Below are positions 19,219-28,105 of a stretch of DNA of 64,000 bases, piece by piece. The position numbers were made by a program, and so were the translations under genes. The DNA is taken from the NCBI GenBank assembly GCA_045106895.1, contig JBGCFM010000100.1:1-64000 (forward strand), read 5' to 3'. Under the pieces are notes generated by a model. It ran no database searches. It was given only the letters and a program-made list of their open reading frames with translations, and was not told where the DNA came from. Position 1 is the stretch's first letter. The number at the start of each line of letters is the position of its first letter. The stretch comes from Polyangiales bacterium (GTDB taxonomy: Bacteria; Myxococcota_A; Polyangia; Polyangiales; Houyiibacteriaceae).

Positions 19219-20676
19219 ATGCTCAGTCGAATCTTCCCTATCCTCCTCCTCGTTGCTTGCTTGCCCGAGTTTGACCCCGGTCTCTTAGACGCGGACCTTC
19301 GAGATGCGGCTTCTCCCGACACGAGCGCCGATTCGGATGTGGGCGGGGACGTGGGCCACGACGTCGGTGACGACGTTTCTGAACCCGTGGACGCCGCCAC
19401 GGATGCGACAGACGCCACGGATGCCGGCCCGGCGCCTTTCACGTTTCGGCCGAGCAACCTCAGCGCCGAGCTGTTCATGGAGGCCGAGACCCTTTTCGAA
19501 GACGCGAGCCCTTTGGTCGTCAGCGCAGACGAGGTTCTCGTTCTGGATTCGGACAACGGCACCGCTTGGCTCTACCCGTCCCTCGCGGCTGCAACGCTCG
19601 GAGAGACGCGCGCAGGCGTCACTCCACCACGAGACGGCGCCGAAGAACAAAGCGTCGCCACCATCCGCACGTCGCAAGATGTGATCGACGGGACCACGCA
19701 GAACGCTCCGGACATTCGCTTTTTCTTACTCACGTCGCTCACGATCGAAGCGAACGGGCTGGTGCTTGGCGTTGGCACCTTGGCCTTAGGCATCGGCGCA
19801 CGGGATCAGATTGAAGTCGCGGGCCATCTCAGCGTCGGTGCGGCGGTTCTCGGCCTCCCACTTCCGCGTCCTGGGGCCATCAACGACACCGGCTGGCAAG
19901 GTGCCGGGAACGTGCCGCCAACGCTCAACGCAGGCTTCGGCCCGAGCCCAGGCGGTAGTGGCGGCAGCTTCGGGCTCCCCGGGGGAGAAGGCGGAGGTGG
20001 TGGCGGCAAAGGACAACCTGACTACGCCGGGGCGCCAAGCGGGGTCACGTATGGAAACGAAAACTTGGAACCTCTCGTAGGCGGCGCGCTCGGTGGCAGC
20101 GCAGGATTGCCTTGTGAGTTCGAAGGACAAGAAGAGTTGGGTTTGGGGGGAGGAGCCCTACAGCTCTTCGCGCCGCTCCTACGCGTGTCTGGATTCATCA
20201 CCGCAGGCGGTGGGGGCGGACGCACAGGCTACGAATACTACGATGGCCAATGTCAGGCCGCGAACGACTATAGCGGTGGCGGGGTTGGTGGCGGTTCCGG
20301 CGGCGCGCTCCTTTTGGAGGCTGATACGGTGAACGTCACCGGGATACTCTCGGTTGCGGGCGGCGGCGGCTCAAGAGGTGGCCGCGGGACCGGTCGCGAC
20401 GCACCGCAATCGGGTCTCCGTGGCGACGAGAGCGGCGGTGGCACCGGCGGTGGGCGGCAGCCCGGAGCGGTGGCGGATGGTACGGCGGGCCGCGGCGGCG
20501 ACGGTGGCGGGGTCGTGGCTGCGGGTGCCGGCGAAGAGCTTGGGAACGGTGGCGGCGGCGGTGGCGGCGGCGGACGTATTCGCATCAACAGCCGAACGTC
20601 CGATGTTGCTCCCGGCGCGCTCATTCCCCGCTCGGGGACCGCCGCGGCCTCGGCAGGGGCCCTTCATCCGCGATGA
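19219..20676 (+). CDS. Glycine-rich lipoprotein
   Basis: Lipobox LVAC, Asp-rich linker, repeated GGGGG...GGA[LI]xL motifs, GGGGGGGGGRIRIN. Confidence 0.7.
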   Translation: MLSRIFPILLLVACLPEFDPGLLDADLRDAASPDTSADSDVGGDVGHDVGDDVSEPVDAATDATDATDAGPAPFTFRPSNLSAELFMEAETLFEDASPLVVSADEVLVLDSDNGTAWLYPSLAAATLGETRAGVTPPRDGAEEQSVATIRTSQDVIDGTTQNAPDIRFFLLTSLTIEANGLVLGVGTLALGIGARDQIEVAGHLSVGAAVLGLPLPRPGAINDTGWQGAGNVPPTLNAGFGPSPGGSGGSFGLPGGEGGGGGGKGQPDYAGAPSGVTYGNENLEPLVGGALGGSAGLPCEFEGQEELGLGGGALQLFAPLLRVSGFITAGGGGGRTGYEYYDGQCQAANDYSGGGVGGGSGGALLLEADTVNVTGILSVAGGGGSRGGRGTGRDAPQSGLRGDESGGGTGGGRQPGAVADGTAGRGGDGGGVVAAGAGEELGNGGGGGGGGGRIRINSRTSDVAPGALIPRSGTAAASAGALHPR

Positions 20677-20712
20677 GGGCTCAAGTCAGACGACAAACGC
20701 CAGCCAACAGAA

Positions 20713-21246
20713 CTACGGCATCGCGAAGGTGAGACTAAGTCCGCCGCTCCACGAGTGTGTCCCAAGCATGTCCGTGTGATTTGGAAGGAGCCACTCGTGT
20801 CCTGCGTATGCGCTCAAGGTCACGCCCTCGTGCACGTCGACTCCCGCACCAAGGAGTAGCCCAAAAGCCCAGCCGCGTGTGAACTGGCTTTGACCCGCGG
20901 GCAGACGCTGGTACGCGGCGCTCGCCTCAAAGGATGGCCGGAAGATCCCGAACGCGGGTCGAACGCCGACAAACACGCCTCCGCCAAAGCCCGGGTTCTT
21001 GAGTGGCAGCGAGCGCGCCGTCACACGTCCAAAGGCGCCGAGCTCGAGGGGACCGATCAACTTGAGGGATCCGGCCAAGCTCACCGTCGGGTGCCACTGG
21101 CTCCCTTCCGCGTGATCCAATCGAGTGCCGCCCACACGAACAGACACCGCGCCGATTTCGTCGGCGGCGGCGGCGCATGGCGACAAGATGACAGCGCCGA
21201 GAGTCAGCGGGGCAAGGAGCCAGAGAAAAGCGAAGCGGAAGGTCAT
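20713..21246 (-). CDS. Small outer-membrane beta-barrel protein
   Basis: Signal peptide ending AAA, about 8 amphipathic strands, GGLSLTF near the C-terminus. Confidence 0.6.
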   Translation of the reverse strand: MTFRFAFLWLLAPLTLGAVILSPCAAAADEIGAVSVRVGGTRLDHAEGSQWHPTVSLAGSLKLIGPLELGAFGRVTARSLPLKNPGFGGGVFVGVRPAFGIFRPSFEASAAYQRLPAGQSQFTRGWAFGLLLGAGVDVHEGVTLSAYAGHEWLLPNHTDMLGTHSWSGGLSLTFAMP

Positions 21247-21261
21247 GTCGGAGTGGAGCAA

Positions 21262-21277
21262 AGCAGCAACCGTGCCA
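21262..21277 (-). promoter_or_regulatory. Sigma54 -24/-12 promoter
   Basis: TGGCACGGTTGCTGCT, a close match to TGGCACG-N4-TTGCW, 15 nt upstream of ATG 21246. Confidence 0.7.
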
Positions 21278-21498
21278 ACGGCGTGACTAGCAAATTTGAA
21301 GGAAGAAAGTCGGTCTGGCTGATTTCGTTTGCGCGCTGAACGGGCCAGCTGTTGCCTCTGATTCACACCCTGGCAAGCGGATCGTGATGGGGTGCTCACA
21401 GAGAACGAGCAAACTTACATTTGATTACATCACACGACTCCACTTTCCTCCATTTTCTGTCGCCTGGCCCTACCGTAAATGGTGTGTATGCTTCCGAC

Positions 21499-23196
21499 GT
21501 GGAGAAGCGGAACCCAACAGATTCGTCTGACGTGCTGGCGGCTGGTACGCGCATCGGCGGCTACACCCTCTCGCGTAAGATCAGCGAAGGCGGCATGGGT
21601 GAGGTTTATGAAGGCGTGCAGCGCGCTCTTAAGCGACGCGTTGCGGTCAAACTATTGGCGGAGTGGGCCACCGGCCGAGCGGACCTCCGCGCTCGCTTCT
21701 TGCGTGAGGGGGAGACCGCCGCGCGAATCCGGCACCACAACATTGTGGAGATCTACGACGTCGGCGTCTGGGGAGACCGTCCTTATATAGTGATGGAGTA
21801 CCTCGATGGGCGAACCCTCGAAGAGCTCATGCAACTCGAAGGTCCGCTCCCGGAAGCTCAGGTCGTCGACCTTATGCTTCCGGTGCTCAGCGCGATCAGT
21901 GCAGCCAACGACCGCGGCATCATTCACCGCGACCTAAAACCAGAGAACATCTTCATCGCTGACATGGACTCCGGGGTGGAGCCCAAGGTGCTCGACTTCG
22001 GCATCTCTCGCATCGTCACATCGCACGAGCGGATCATCGACTCGCAGAACGTAGGCACGCCTCATTATATGTCGCCGGAGCAAGCCCGCGGCGAAGCCGT
22101 CGACGCTCGTAGCGACCAGTACTCCATCGCCATCGTCCTCTATGAGATGGTCACCGGTCATCTCCCCCGCGATCACGAGACCGTCACGACGCTGATGCGA
22201 ATGGTGGCTCACGACGGCTTCGTTCATCCGCGTGAGTACGCCCCGGATTTGAGCGACGCGATGGTGAGCCTCTTGATGAAGGGCCTCGCCCGCAAGACCG
22301 ACAACCGTTTTGATGACCTTCAGGACATGATGTTGGCGATGGTTCCTTTGGCGTCTGAACGCGCCCGAAGCTACTGGCAGCGAGAGCTTACCGTGGGCGA
22401 TGAGCCTGGGCGAGTCACGGAACGCCCGCCGCCAAGTGGCTCGCACCGCTCGATCGTCGGTGGCCCCGCGGAGAGCTCCACGGGTCTGAAAGCCCTCGAA
22501 GGCGAGGAGACCCACAGCGAAATCGTGATGCCGGCGGGCGACGCCAAAGTCGTCACGGCCCCCGTCGTCGCAGCGGCGCCCGTCGCAGGCGCCAAAGTCC
22601 CACAGAGTGTCACGCCAGCAACCTCGTCCAGTGCTTCTCCAGACGCCCCCGATGAAGACTCGGACAAGAAGACTCCTTGGCTGCTCATCCTGTCCGCCGC
22701 GATTGTGTTGCTGGCCGTTGGAGGATGGTTTGCGACAAACGGCGGAGACACTTTGGACACGAGCGAGTCGGCTCGAAGCCAGATGACATCCCCTTCAGCT
22801 CCAGCAGCTCCACCCGTTCAGGCCTTGGATGACGAAGCCCCCGAGGCGAGCACCGAGAACACTTCCGTCGAAGAACGCGTCGTCGAAGAGAACGCCGAAC
22901 AGAACGTCGAAGATGTCGAAGAGAACGTCGCGGCAAGCGAGAGCAGCGCAGCTGACGAAAACACCGCGTCGGACGACAACGCTGCGACGCGAGACAACGC
23001 CGATGCACCGGGAGAAAGTACCGACAGTGCCACCCGAGCCGAGCGTATTGCCCGTGCGGAGCGCAGAGCGGCGCGGGCGGAAACGCGCACACCTCCGGAG
23101 ACGCCGAGCACGCCAAGTGAGCCGACGATGTCCGCGGCCATGAACCCAACTTGGGAGCCGTCTGGCTCTTCTGACAACGTAGACCCTTGGAACTGA
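21499..23196 (+). CDS. Membrane Ser/Thr protein kinase with an acidic disordered tail
   Basis: EGGMGEV, VAVK, HRDLKPEN, DFG, GTPHYMSPE, TM helix, tail ending NVDPWN. GTG 21499 lies 6 nt after TATGCT. Confidence 0.92.
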   Translation: MEKRNPTDSSDVLAAGTRIGGYTLSRKISEGGMGEVYEGVQRALKRRVAVKLLAEWATGRADLRARFLREGETAARIRHHNIVEIYDVGVWGDRPYIVMEYLDGRTLEELMQLEGPLPEAQVVDLMLPVLSAISAANDRGIIHRDLKPENIFIADMDSGVEPKVLDFGISRIVTSHERIIDSQNVGTPHYMSPEQARGEAVDARSDQYSIAIVLYEMVTGHLPRDHETVTTLMRMVAHDGFVHPREYAPDLSDAMVSLLMKGLARKTDNRFDDLQDMMLAMVPLASERARSYWQRELTVGDEPGRVTERPPPSGSHRSIVGGPAESSTGLKALEGEETHSEIVMPAGDAKVVTAPVVAAAPVAGAKVPQSVTPATSSSASPDAPDEDSDKKTPWLLILSAAIVLLAVGGWFATNGGDTLDTSESARSQMTSPSAPAAPPVQALDDEAPEASTENTSVEERVVEENAEQNVEDVEENVAASESSAADENTASDDNAATRDNADAPGESTDSATRAERIARAERRAARAETRTPPETPSTPSEPTMSAAMNPTWEPSGSSDNVDPWN

Positions 23197-23207
23197 AGAC
23201 AACTTTG

Positions 23208-24023
23208 ATGCTTAAGAACTCCCTCTTGTCTCTCACCCTCATCATGGCCCTCGCGCCCAGCCAGAACCTGTCTGCGCAAGACGTAGACGCGGCGGCGAGC
23301 GTAGAAGCACCCGTCGACAACGATGAGCAGGCACGCGTGCTCTACCTCCGCGGAGATCGTCTCTACTCGGAGGGCCGCTACGAAGAGGCCACCGCGGCGT
23401 TTCGAGAGTCGTACGAGCTTAGCGGCCGCCCTGGCCTGCTCTTCAACATCGCGAACGCCTACGAGCGCCTTGGGCAGCTTGAGGAGGCACTTCAGGCGCT
23501 GCAACGCTTCGCGCCGAACGCGCCCGAGCACCAACGCGCCACGGTCAACACACGTATCGCCAACATCGAGGAACGTCTGAGAGAGCAGGATGAAGCCCGC
23601 CGCGCCGCCGAGGCCGACACGGAGACTGTCGCGGCAGTCGTGCCGCCTGCCGACGTGGCACCGGCGGAGCAGGCGCCTGAATCATCGTCCGCCGCGAAGC
23701 CTGTTGGCATCGCGTTGATCGCCGTTGGTACCGCCGCTGTAGGAGGCGGACTCGTCGCGGCGCTGCTCGCCCGCTCCAGCCGTGGGAACCTCGATGATGC
23801 CTGCATGGGTTCACTGTGCCCAGCGTCCGCTTCAGGTGACTTCGACGCGGAGAAGCGACGCGCCCTGGCGGCCGACATCTTGCTCTTTGGTGGTGGCGCT
23901 CTTGTCATCGGCGGCGTCATCGCCCTGATCGCGGGTCCCAGCGATGACGACGAAGGCGTCGCACACATCGACGTCGCGCCGACGCGTGGTGGGGCCAGCG
24001 CAACGCTCAGCGGCCGTTTCTAA
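23208..24023 (+). CDS. Secreted TPR protein with a C-terminal hydrophobic hairpin
   Basis: Signal peptide ending LSA, ARVLYLRG...GRYEEA...LLFNIANAYERLG, two hydrophobic helices, C-terminal ATLSGRF. Confidence 0.8.
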   Translation: MLKNSLLSLTLIMALAPSQNLSAQDVDAAASVEAPVDNDEQARVLYLRGDRLYSEGRYEEATAAFRESYELSGRPGLLFNIANAYERLGQLEEALQALQRFAPNAPEHQRATVNTRIANIEERLREQDEARRAAEADTETVAAVVPPADVAPAEQAPESSSAAKPVGIALIAVGTAAVGGGLVAALLARSSRGNLDDACMGSLCPASASGDFDAEKRRALAADILLFGGGALVIGGVIALIAGPSDDDEGVAHIDVAPTRGGASATLSGRF

Positions 24024-24041
24024 GACGAGCAGAGCGCGGGC

Positions 24042-24075
24042 AAAAGAAAACGCACGCTGGAATGACCAGCGTGCG
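24042..24075 (-). terminator. Intrinsic terminator downstream of pckA
   Basis: 10-bp stem cgcacgctgg/ccagcgtgcg, 5-nt loop, U-rich tail on the minus strand. Confidence 0.7.
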
Positions 24076-24151
24076 CGTGAGATTCGAAACGACGAATCTT
24101 GAAGCCTCCGACGGCCGCCCCGAAAGGCGGCCCTCTGGCGTTCCTCTTTGT

Positions 24152-25921
24152 TTAGTTTGCGACCGCCGAGATGATCTTTGGGTCCACGTCGAACTTCGTC
24201 AGGAACTCAGAGCGCTGAGTCTTCATCGAGTCGACCCAAGCGCGGTACTCACTCTCCCGGCCGCTCTTCTCGAAGTGACGTCGCGGCTCGAGAATCTCTG
24301 CCGGCACCTTCTCGACGAGGGCGGCGTTCTCGGGAGCATCCACATCGACGACCTCGTAGCCAAAGTCAGGATCGACCTTCCACTTGATGTTGCCCGAGAG
24401 CAACGCCTCCAGCATCGCGCTGGAGTGGCGAATCTTGACCTTCAACCCGTTGCCAGCTTTGATGTCTCGAGCGTCACCGCCCACGTAGCCGGTGTTCATG
24501 AGCCACATCGAAACGTTCGTCATCGTCGAAGCCAGCTCCGCAAATCGCTTCGCTTGCAGGTTGTGCTTCGCGGGGAAGAACGGCTGAGTAAAGGGTGAAC
24601 GCGTCTTGCCGCGGTCCTTACCGGCGGCGCTTGTCTTCGAGGTCTCGCCCAGCATGAAGTAGCCAGCCGCTTGCTCCGGGGAAACAAAGCGTAGGATGCC
24701 CGGGGTCGCAGCGTCGGCGCCTTCGTCGCGGTTCAGAATTCCCATCGACTTCACAGCCGGAATCGCCTTGAGGTCGGCGGCCCCCGGAATGGAGCTCATC
24801 GGAATAATCGAGCGACCGTTTTGCGTCCACTTTACGAAGTCCCAACCGTCCTTCGGCACGCCCAAATCGGACACCACCTCTGACGCAGGAACCTCGCCAG
24901 CGATGTACTTGTCGAGGTTGGTCTCGTCGGCGTTTGTCAGAAGCAGAACCTCCCGTAGACGCTTGGCTTCTTCCGGAGAGAGAATGCCCTTCTCGAAGTC
25001 AAAGCTGCCGTCCGCGTTGAGGAACGCGTTCTCAAGCCAGGCGTCGCTGCTCGTCGTGCCCTTGTAGATGACTGGCTCAGTCTCGAGCTTCAGTCCATCG
25101 ATCTTCGCAAAGCAGCCGTTCTCGGTGATGGAGAGTTCCCCCTTCGGCCAGAGTGCGACCATGTCGTCCTGAATCGGCTCGGTGATTTCGCCCTGCTTGG
25201 AGAACGTCGTCGTGGTCTTGCCGGTACCGCTGAGGCCCATGACGGTCATCGTCACGCGCTCTCCGTCGCTCTTGGTGACGGCCTTCGCCCCTGCGTGGAG
25301 AACGAGCCCGCCGTCTTCCCACACGTAGTGGTTGAGCATGCGGAGGACGCCCTTTTTGGACTCACCGAAGTAATCGGCGCCAATCACGTGCGTCGTCCAG
25401 TTTTTCATATCAACGATGATGGCCTGCTTGCCCGGCATGTCTTCGAGGAAGAGGTTCGGCGTGTAGACGAGGCGGAAGTGTGGCTGGAATGGCGCACTGA
25501 GCATCTCGGCGCTCTCCACGTCGCTGCGTGGAAACGAGAGAATCTGCTGCATGGCAGCGATGTTCGCGCCCTCGACGGTGTAGAGCCAAGTCGCGCCGAA
25601 GGCTCGCTCGCCGAGTCCGACGTACGCGTCGACGGTGATGAGCTGGCCTTTCTCCGCGATGTACGCGTTCTGGCGCTCGATGATGCCCTTCGCCTTCTCG
25701 CTGGAGATGACGCCACCGTTCCACGGATGCTCATCGCGATCCTCGATGATGTACGTGTACTTCGCCATTCGCGCCTTGTTGCGCGACACCTTGTTGAGAC
25801 TACCTGCGGCGGTCTTCAATACCGCCGGGGTGTGCTCCAGAGTCAGGGCAACGAGCGCCTCCTGGCTGGGGTTCTCAAGGTATTCGACATTCGCAAACGG
25901 GCGGGGGTCGAGTCTGGCCAT
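24152..25921 (-). CDS. pckA: Phosphoenolpyruvate carboxykinase (ATP)
   Basis: YFGESKKG, LHAGA, GLSGTGKTT, QDD, ENGCFAK, NGRS, WLMNTGY. GGAG SD before ATG 25921. Confidence 0.85.
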   Translation of the reverse strand: MARLDPRPFANVEYLENPSQEALVALTLEHTPAVLKTAAGSLNKVSRNKARMAKYTYIIEDRDEHPWNGGVISSEKAKGIIERQNAYIAEKGQLITVDAYVGLGERAFGATWLYTVEGANIAAMQQILSFPRSDVESAEMLSAPFQPHFRLVYTPNLFLEDMPGKQAIIVDMKNWTTHVIGADYFGESKKGVLRMLNHYVWEDGGLVLHAGAKAVTKSDGERVTMTVMGLSGTGKTTTTFSKQGEITEPIQDDMVALWPKGELSITENGCFAKIDGLKLETEPVIYKGTTSSDAWLENAFLNADGSFDFEKGILSPEEAKRLREVLLLTNADETNLDKYIAGEVPASEVVSDLGVPKDGWDFVKWTQNGRSIIPMSSIPGAADLKAIPAVKSMGILNRDEGADAATPGILRFVSPEQAAGYFMLGETSKTSAAGKDRGKTRSPFTQPFFPAKHNLQAKRFAELASTMTNVSMWLMNTGYVGGDARDIKAGNGLKVKIRHSSAMLEALLSGNIKWKVDPDFGYEVVDVDAPENAALVEKVPAEILEPRRHFEKSGRESEYRAWVDSMKTQRSEFLTKFDVDPKIISAVAN

Positions 25922-26090
25922 ATCAAGAATTCTCCCTAAAACTGAGCACATCGGCACAGGCGCCGGTCATGCGAAGTACCTCAGCGCCGCGAAGAATGCC
26001 ACCGGGAGTCGCCTTCTGTATGCAAGAACGCACACTTTTTTCGGTCGAAGTGCCCTGCAGGTCTTCTCGGTCCCTGCTAGTCCATGCCCT

Positions 26091-27227
26091 ATGGGAACCC
26101 CGCTCGCGATCTACCAAGGAGACGATGAGAGCGGAAATTGGCGGTGGCAGGCCAAAAACGCCTACCGCGACCTCGCGCGTCTCGAGGAGGTCCTGGTGCT
26201 CACAGACGATGAACGCGCGGGGATCGCCCGTGCCCTCGATTCGGGCTTCGCGCTGTCCGTGACCCCTTATTACCTCGGCCTCGCTGACCCCCGTGATCCC
26301 CAGTGCCCCATCCGAAAACAGGTAATTCCTGTCGCCGCGGAAGGAGCGCTGGTACCAGGCGACCTGCGGGACCCCCTCGGCGAAGAAGAACACGAAGTCG
26401 CCCCAGAATTGGTCCAGCGTTACCCAGACCGGGTGCTGCTCCTGGTGAGCGACCGCTGTGCTGTGTACTGCCGCTTCTGCACTCGCTCCCGCATGGTCGG
26501 TGACGGCGGCGGGCCGCGTTCGATGGCCAAACTGGAGGCGGCCTTCACCTACATCGAGAGCCACCCTGAGATTCAGGACGTCATCGTCTCCGGTGGCGAC
26601 CCCTTGGTCATGAGCACTGGCCGTCTCATCCCGATTCTCGAGCGACTCGCCTCGATCGACCATGTTCTCACGGTGCGCCTCGCCACCCGCGCGCCGGTCA
26701 CCATCCCGCAGCGCATCGACGAAGAGCTCTGCAAAGCCCTGCGTCGCGCACATCCCGCGCTTTGGGTGATGACGCACTTCAACCACCCGAAGGAACTCAC
26801 CCCAGAATCAACGAAGGCCGTCAGTCTTCTCGTGGACCACGGGATGCCGGTCATGAACCAGAGCGTTCTACTACGTGGCATCAACGACTCCGCGGGGACC
26901 CTCGAGGCCCTCTTCCGGGGGCTCGTCAAGCGACGCGTCCGGCCCTATTACTTACTACAGGCGGACCCTGTGGGCGGAACAGCACATCTTCGAACGCCCA
27001 TTCACACGGGCATCCAAATCATGGAGCGTCTTCAGGGACGCCTCAGCGGGATCGCATTGCCAAAGCTCATCTGCGACTCACCAGGGGGTCTCGGCAAAGT
27101 GCCCATCGGCCCCCACGGCATCGTCGCAAGCCAAGGCGGCACCACCACATTAAAGACGTTTCGCGGGGAGACCGTCGACTATATCGACCCCCCGAACGAG
27201 GCTCTCGAAGCCAAGGTAGAAAAATAG
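26091..27227 (+). CDS. KamA-family radical SAM/PLP enzyme (lysine 2,3-aminomutase or EpmB-like)
   Basis: DPLGEE, RYPDRVLL, CAVYCRFCTR, SGGDPL, THFNHP, NQSVLLRGIND, RPYYL, PGGLGK. Confidence 0.88.
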   Translation: MGTPLAIYQGDDESGNWRWQAKNAYRDLARLEEVLVLTDDERAGIARALDSGFALSVTPYYLGLADPRDPQCPIRKQVIPVAAEGALVPGDLRDPLGEEEHEVAPELVQRYPDRVLLLVSDRCAVYCRFCTRSRMVGDGGGPRSMAKLEAAFTYIESHPEIQDVIVSGGDPLVMSTGRLIPILERLASIDHVLTVRLATRAPVTIPQRIDEELCKALRRAHPALWVMTHFNHPKELTPESTKAVSLLVDHGMPVMNQSVLLRGINDSAGTLEALFRGLVKRRVRPYYLLQADPVGGTAHLRTPIHTGIQIMERLQGRLSGIALPKLICDSPGGLGKVPIGPHGIVASQGGTTTLKTFRGETVDYIDPPNEALEAKVEK

Positions 27228-27313
27228 GTGCTTAACACCGGCCGTCTTGCGGTGTATGGCGCTCTCGGAACGTGTTTTTTACGACCACGTCCGCACTTTC
27301 AGGAGAGATCATC

Positions 27314-28054
27314 ATGGAACGGGCACTAACGCTCACCAAGACCACCATCGGTAAGAAAGTCCTCATGGCCCTCAGCGGTATCATGATGCTGGGCTTCTCC
27401 GTAGGTCACCTAAGCGGCAACCTCAAAGCCTTCGCCAGCGCGCAGGCCTTCAACGACTACGCCGCCTGGCTTCGCACGATGCCGACGATTCTTTGGGCCG
27501 CGCGCATCGGATTGCTCGTCGCCTTCGGCGTTCACCTCGCGTCCGCAGCCTCACTGTGGGCACGGAACCGCGCGGCGCGACCGAATCGATACGCCAAGAA
27601 GAAGGACCTCGCGACGGACTACGCCGCCAAGACGATGTACTGGAGCGGGCCGATCCTCTTCTTCTACATCATCTTCCACCTTCTGCATTTGACCCTCGGC
27701 GGCGCCATCTTCGGCGACTCCGCGGTGTTCGGAATCGAGGGCTACACCTTCGACCCGCACAACCCTTACAACAACATGGTGAAGGGTTTTCAGTACTGGC
27801 CTCTCGTCGTGGTCTACGCCCTCGGCGTCATCTCACTCGCGACTCACCTCTTCCACGGCATCTGGTCGATGTTTCAGACGCTCGGCGCAAACCACAAGCG
27901 CTACAACCCCTTTCGCCGCGACGTCGCTATCGGCCTCGCTGTGCTCCTCGGCGTTGGCTTCCTCTCGATTCCCATCGCGGTCCAGGCAGAGCTTCTGGAG
28001 CCGACGAATCAGGCGTTCTACTACCCCGAGCTCGACCCAAACCTGGGCGAGTAA
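27314..28054 (+). CDS. sdhC: Succinate dehydrogenase/fumarate reductase cytochrome b558 subunit
   Basis: KKVLMALSG, five TM helices with heme His residues (GHL, VHL, FHLLH, THLFHG). AGGAG SD. Confidence 0.9.
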   Translation: MERALTLTKTTIGKKVLMALSGIMMLGFSVGHLSGNLKAFASAQAFNDYAAWLRTMPTILWAARIGLLVAFGVHLASAASLWARNRAARPNRYAKKKDLATDYAAKTMYWSGPILFFYIIFHLLHLTLGGAIFGDSAVFGIEGYTFDPHNPYNNMVKGFQYWPLVVVYALGVISLATHLFHGIWSMFQTLGANHKRYNPFRRDVAIGLAVLLGVGFLSIPIAVQAELLEPTNQAFYYPELDPNLGE

Positions 28055-28105
28055 GCGCGACCGCCACTCCACATCAGACTTCACGAACGCACTCACGGAC
28101 AAAAC

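Noticed and set aside
20200..20580. GGC-rich runs as a DNA repeat element
   Set aside because: Explained by poly-Gly coding.
24113..24132. GGCCGCC-N6-GGCGGCC hairpin as an ncRNA or REP element
   Set aside because: Single copy in the pckA 3' region, most likely a stabilising or terminator-associated stem.
25635..26090. N-terminal extension of the 530-aa KamA ORF
   Set aside because: It overlaps pckA on the other strand, and family similarity starts near ATG 26091.
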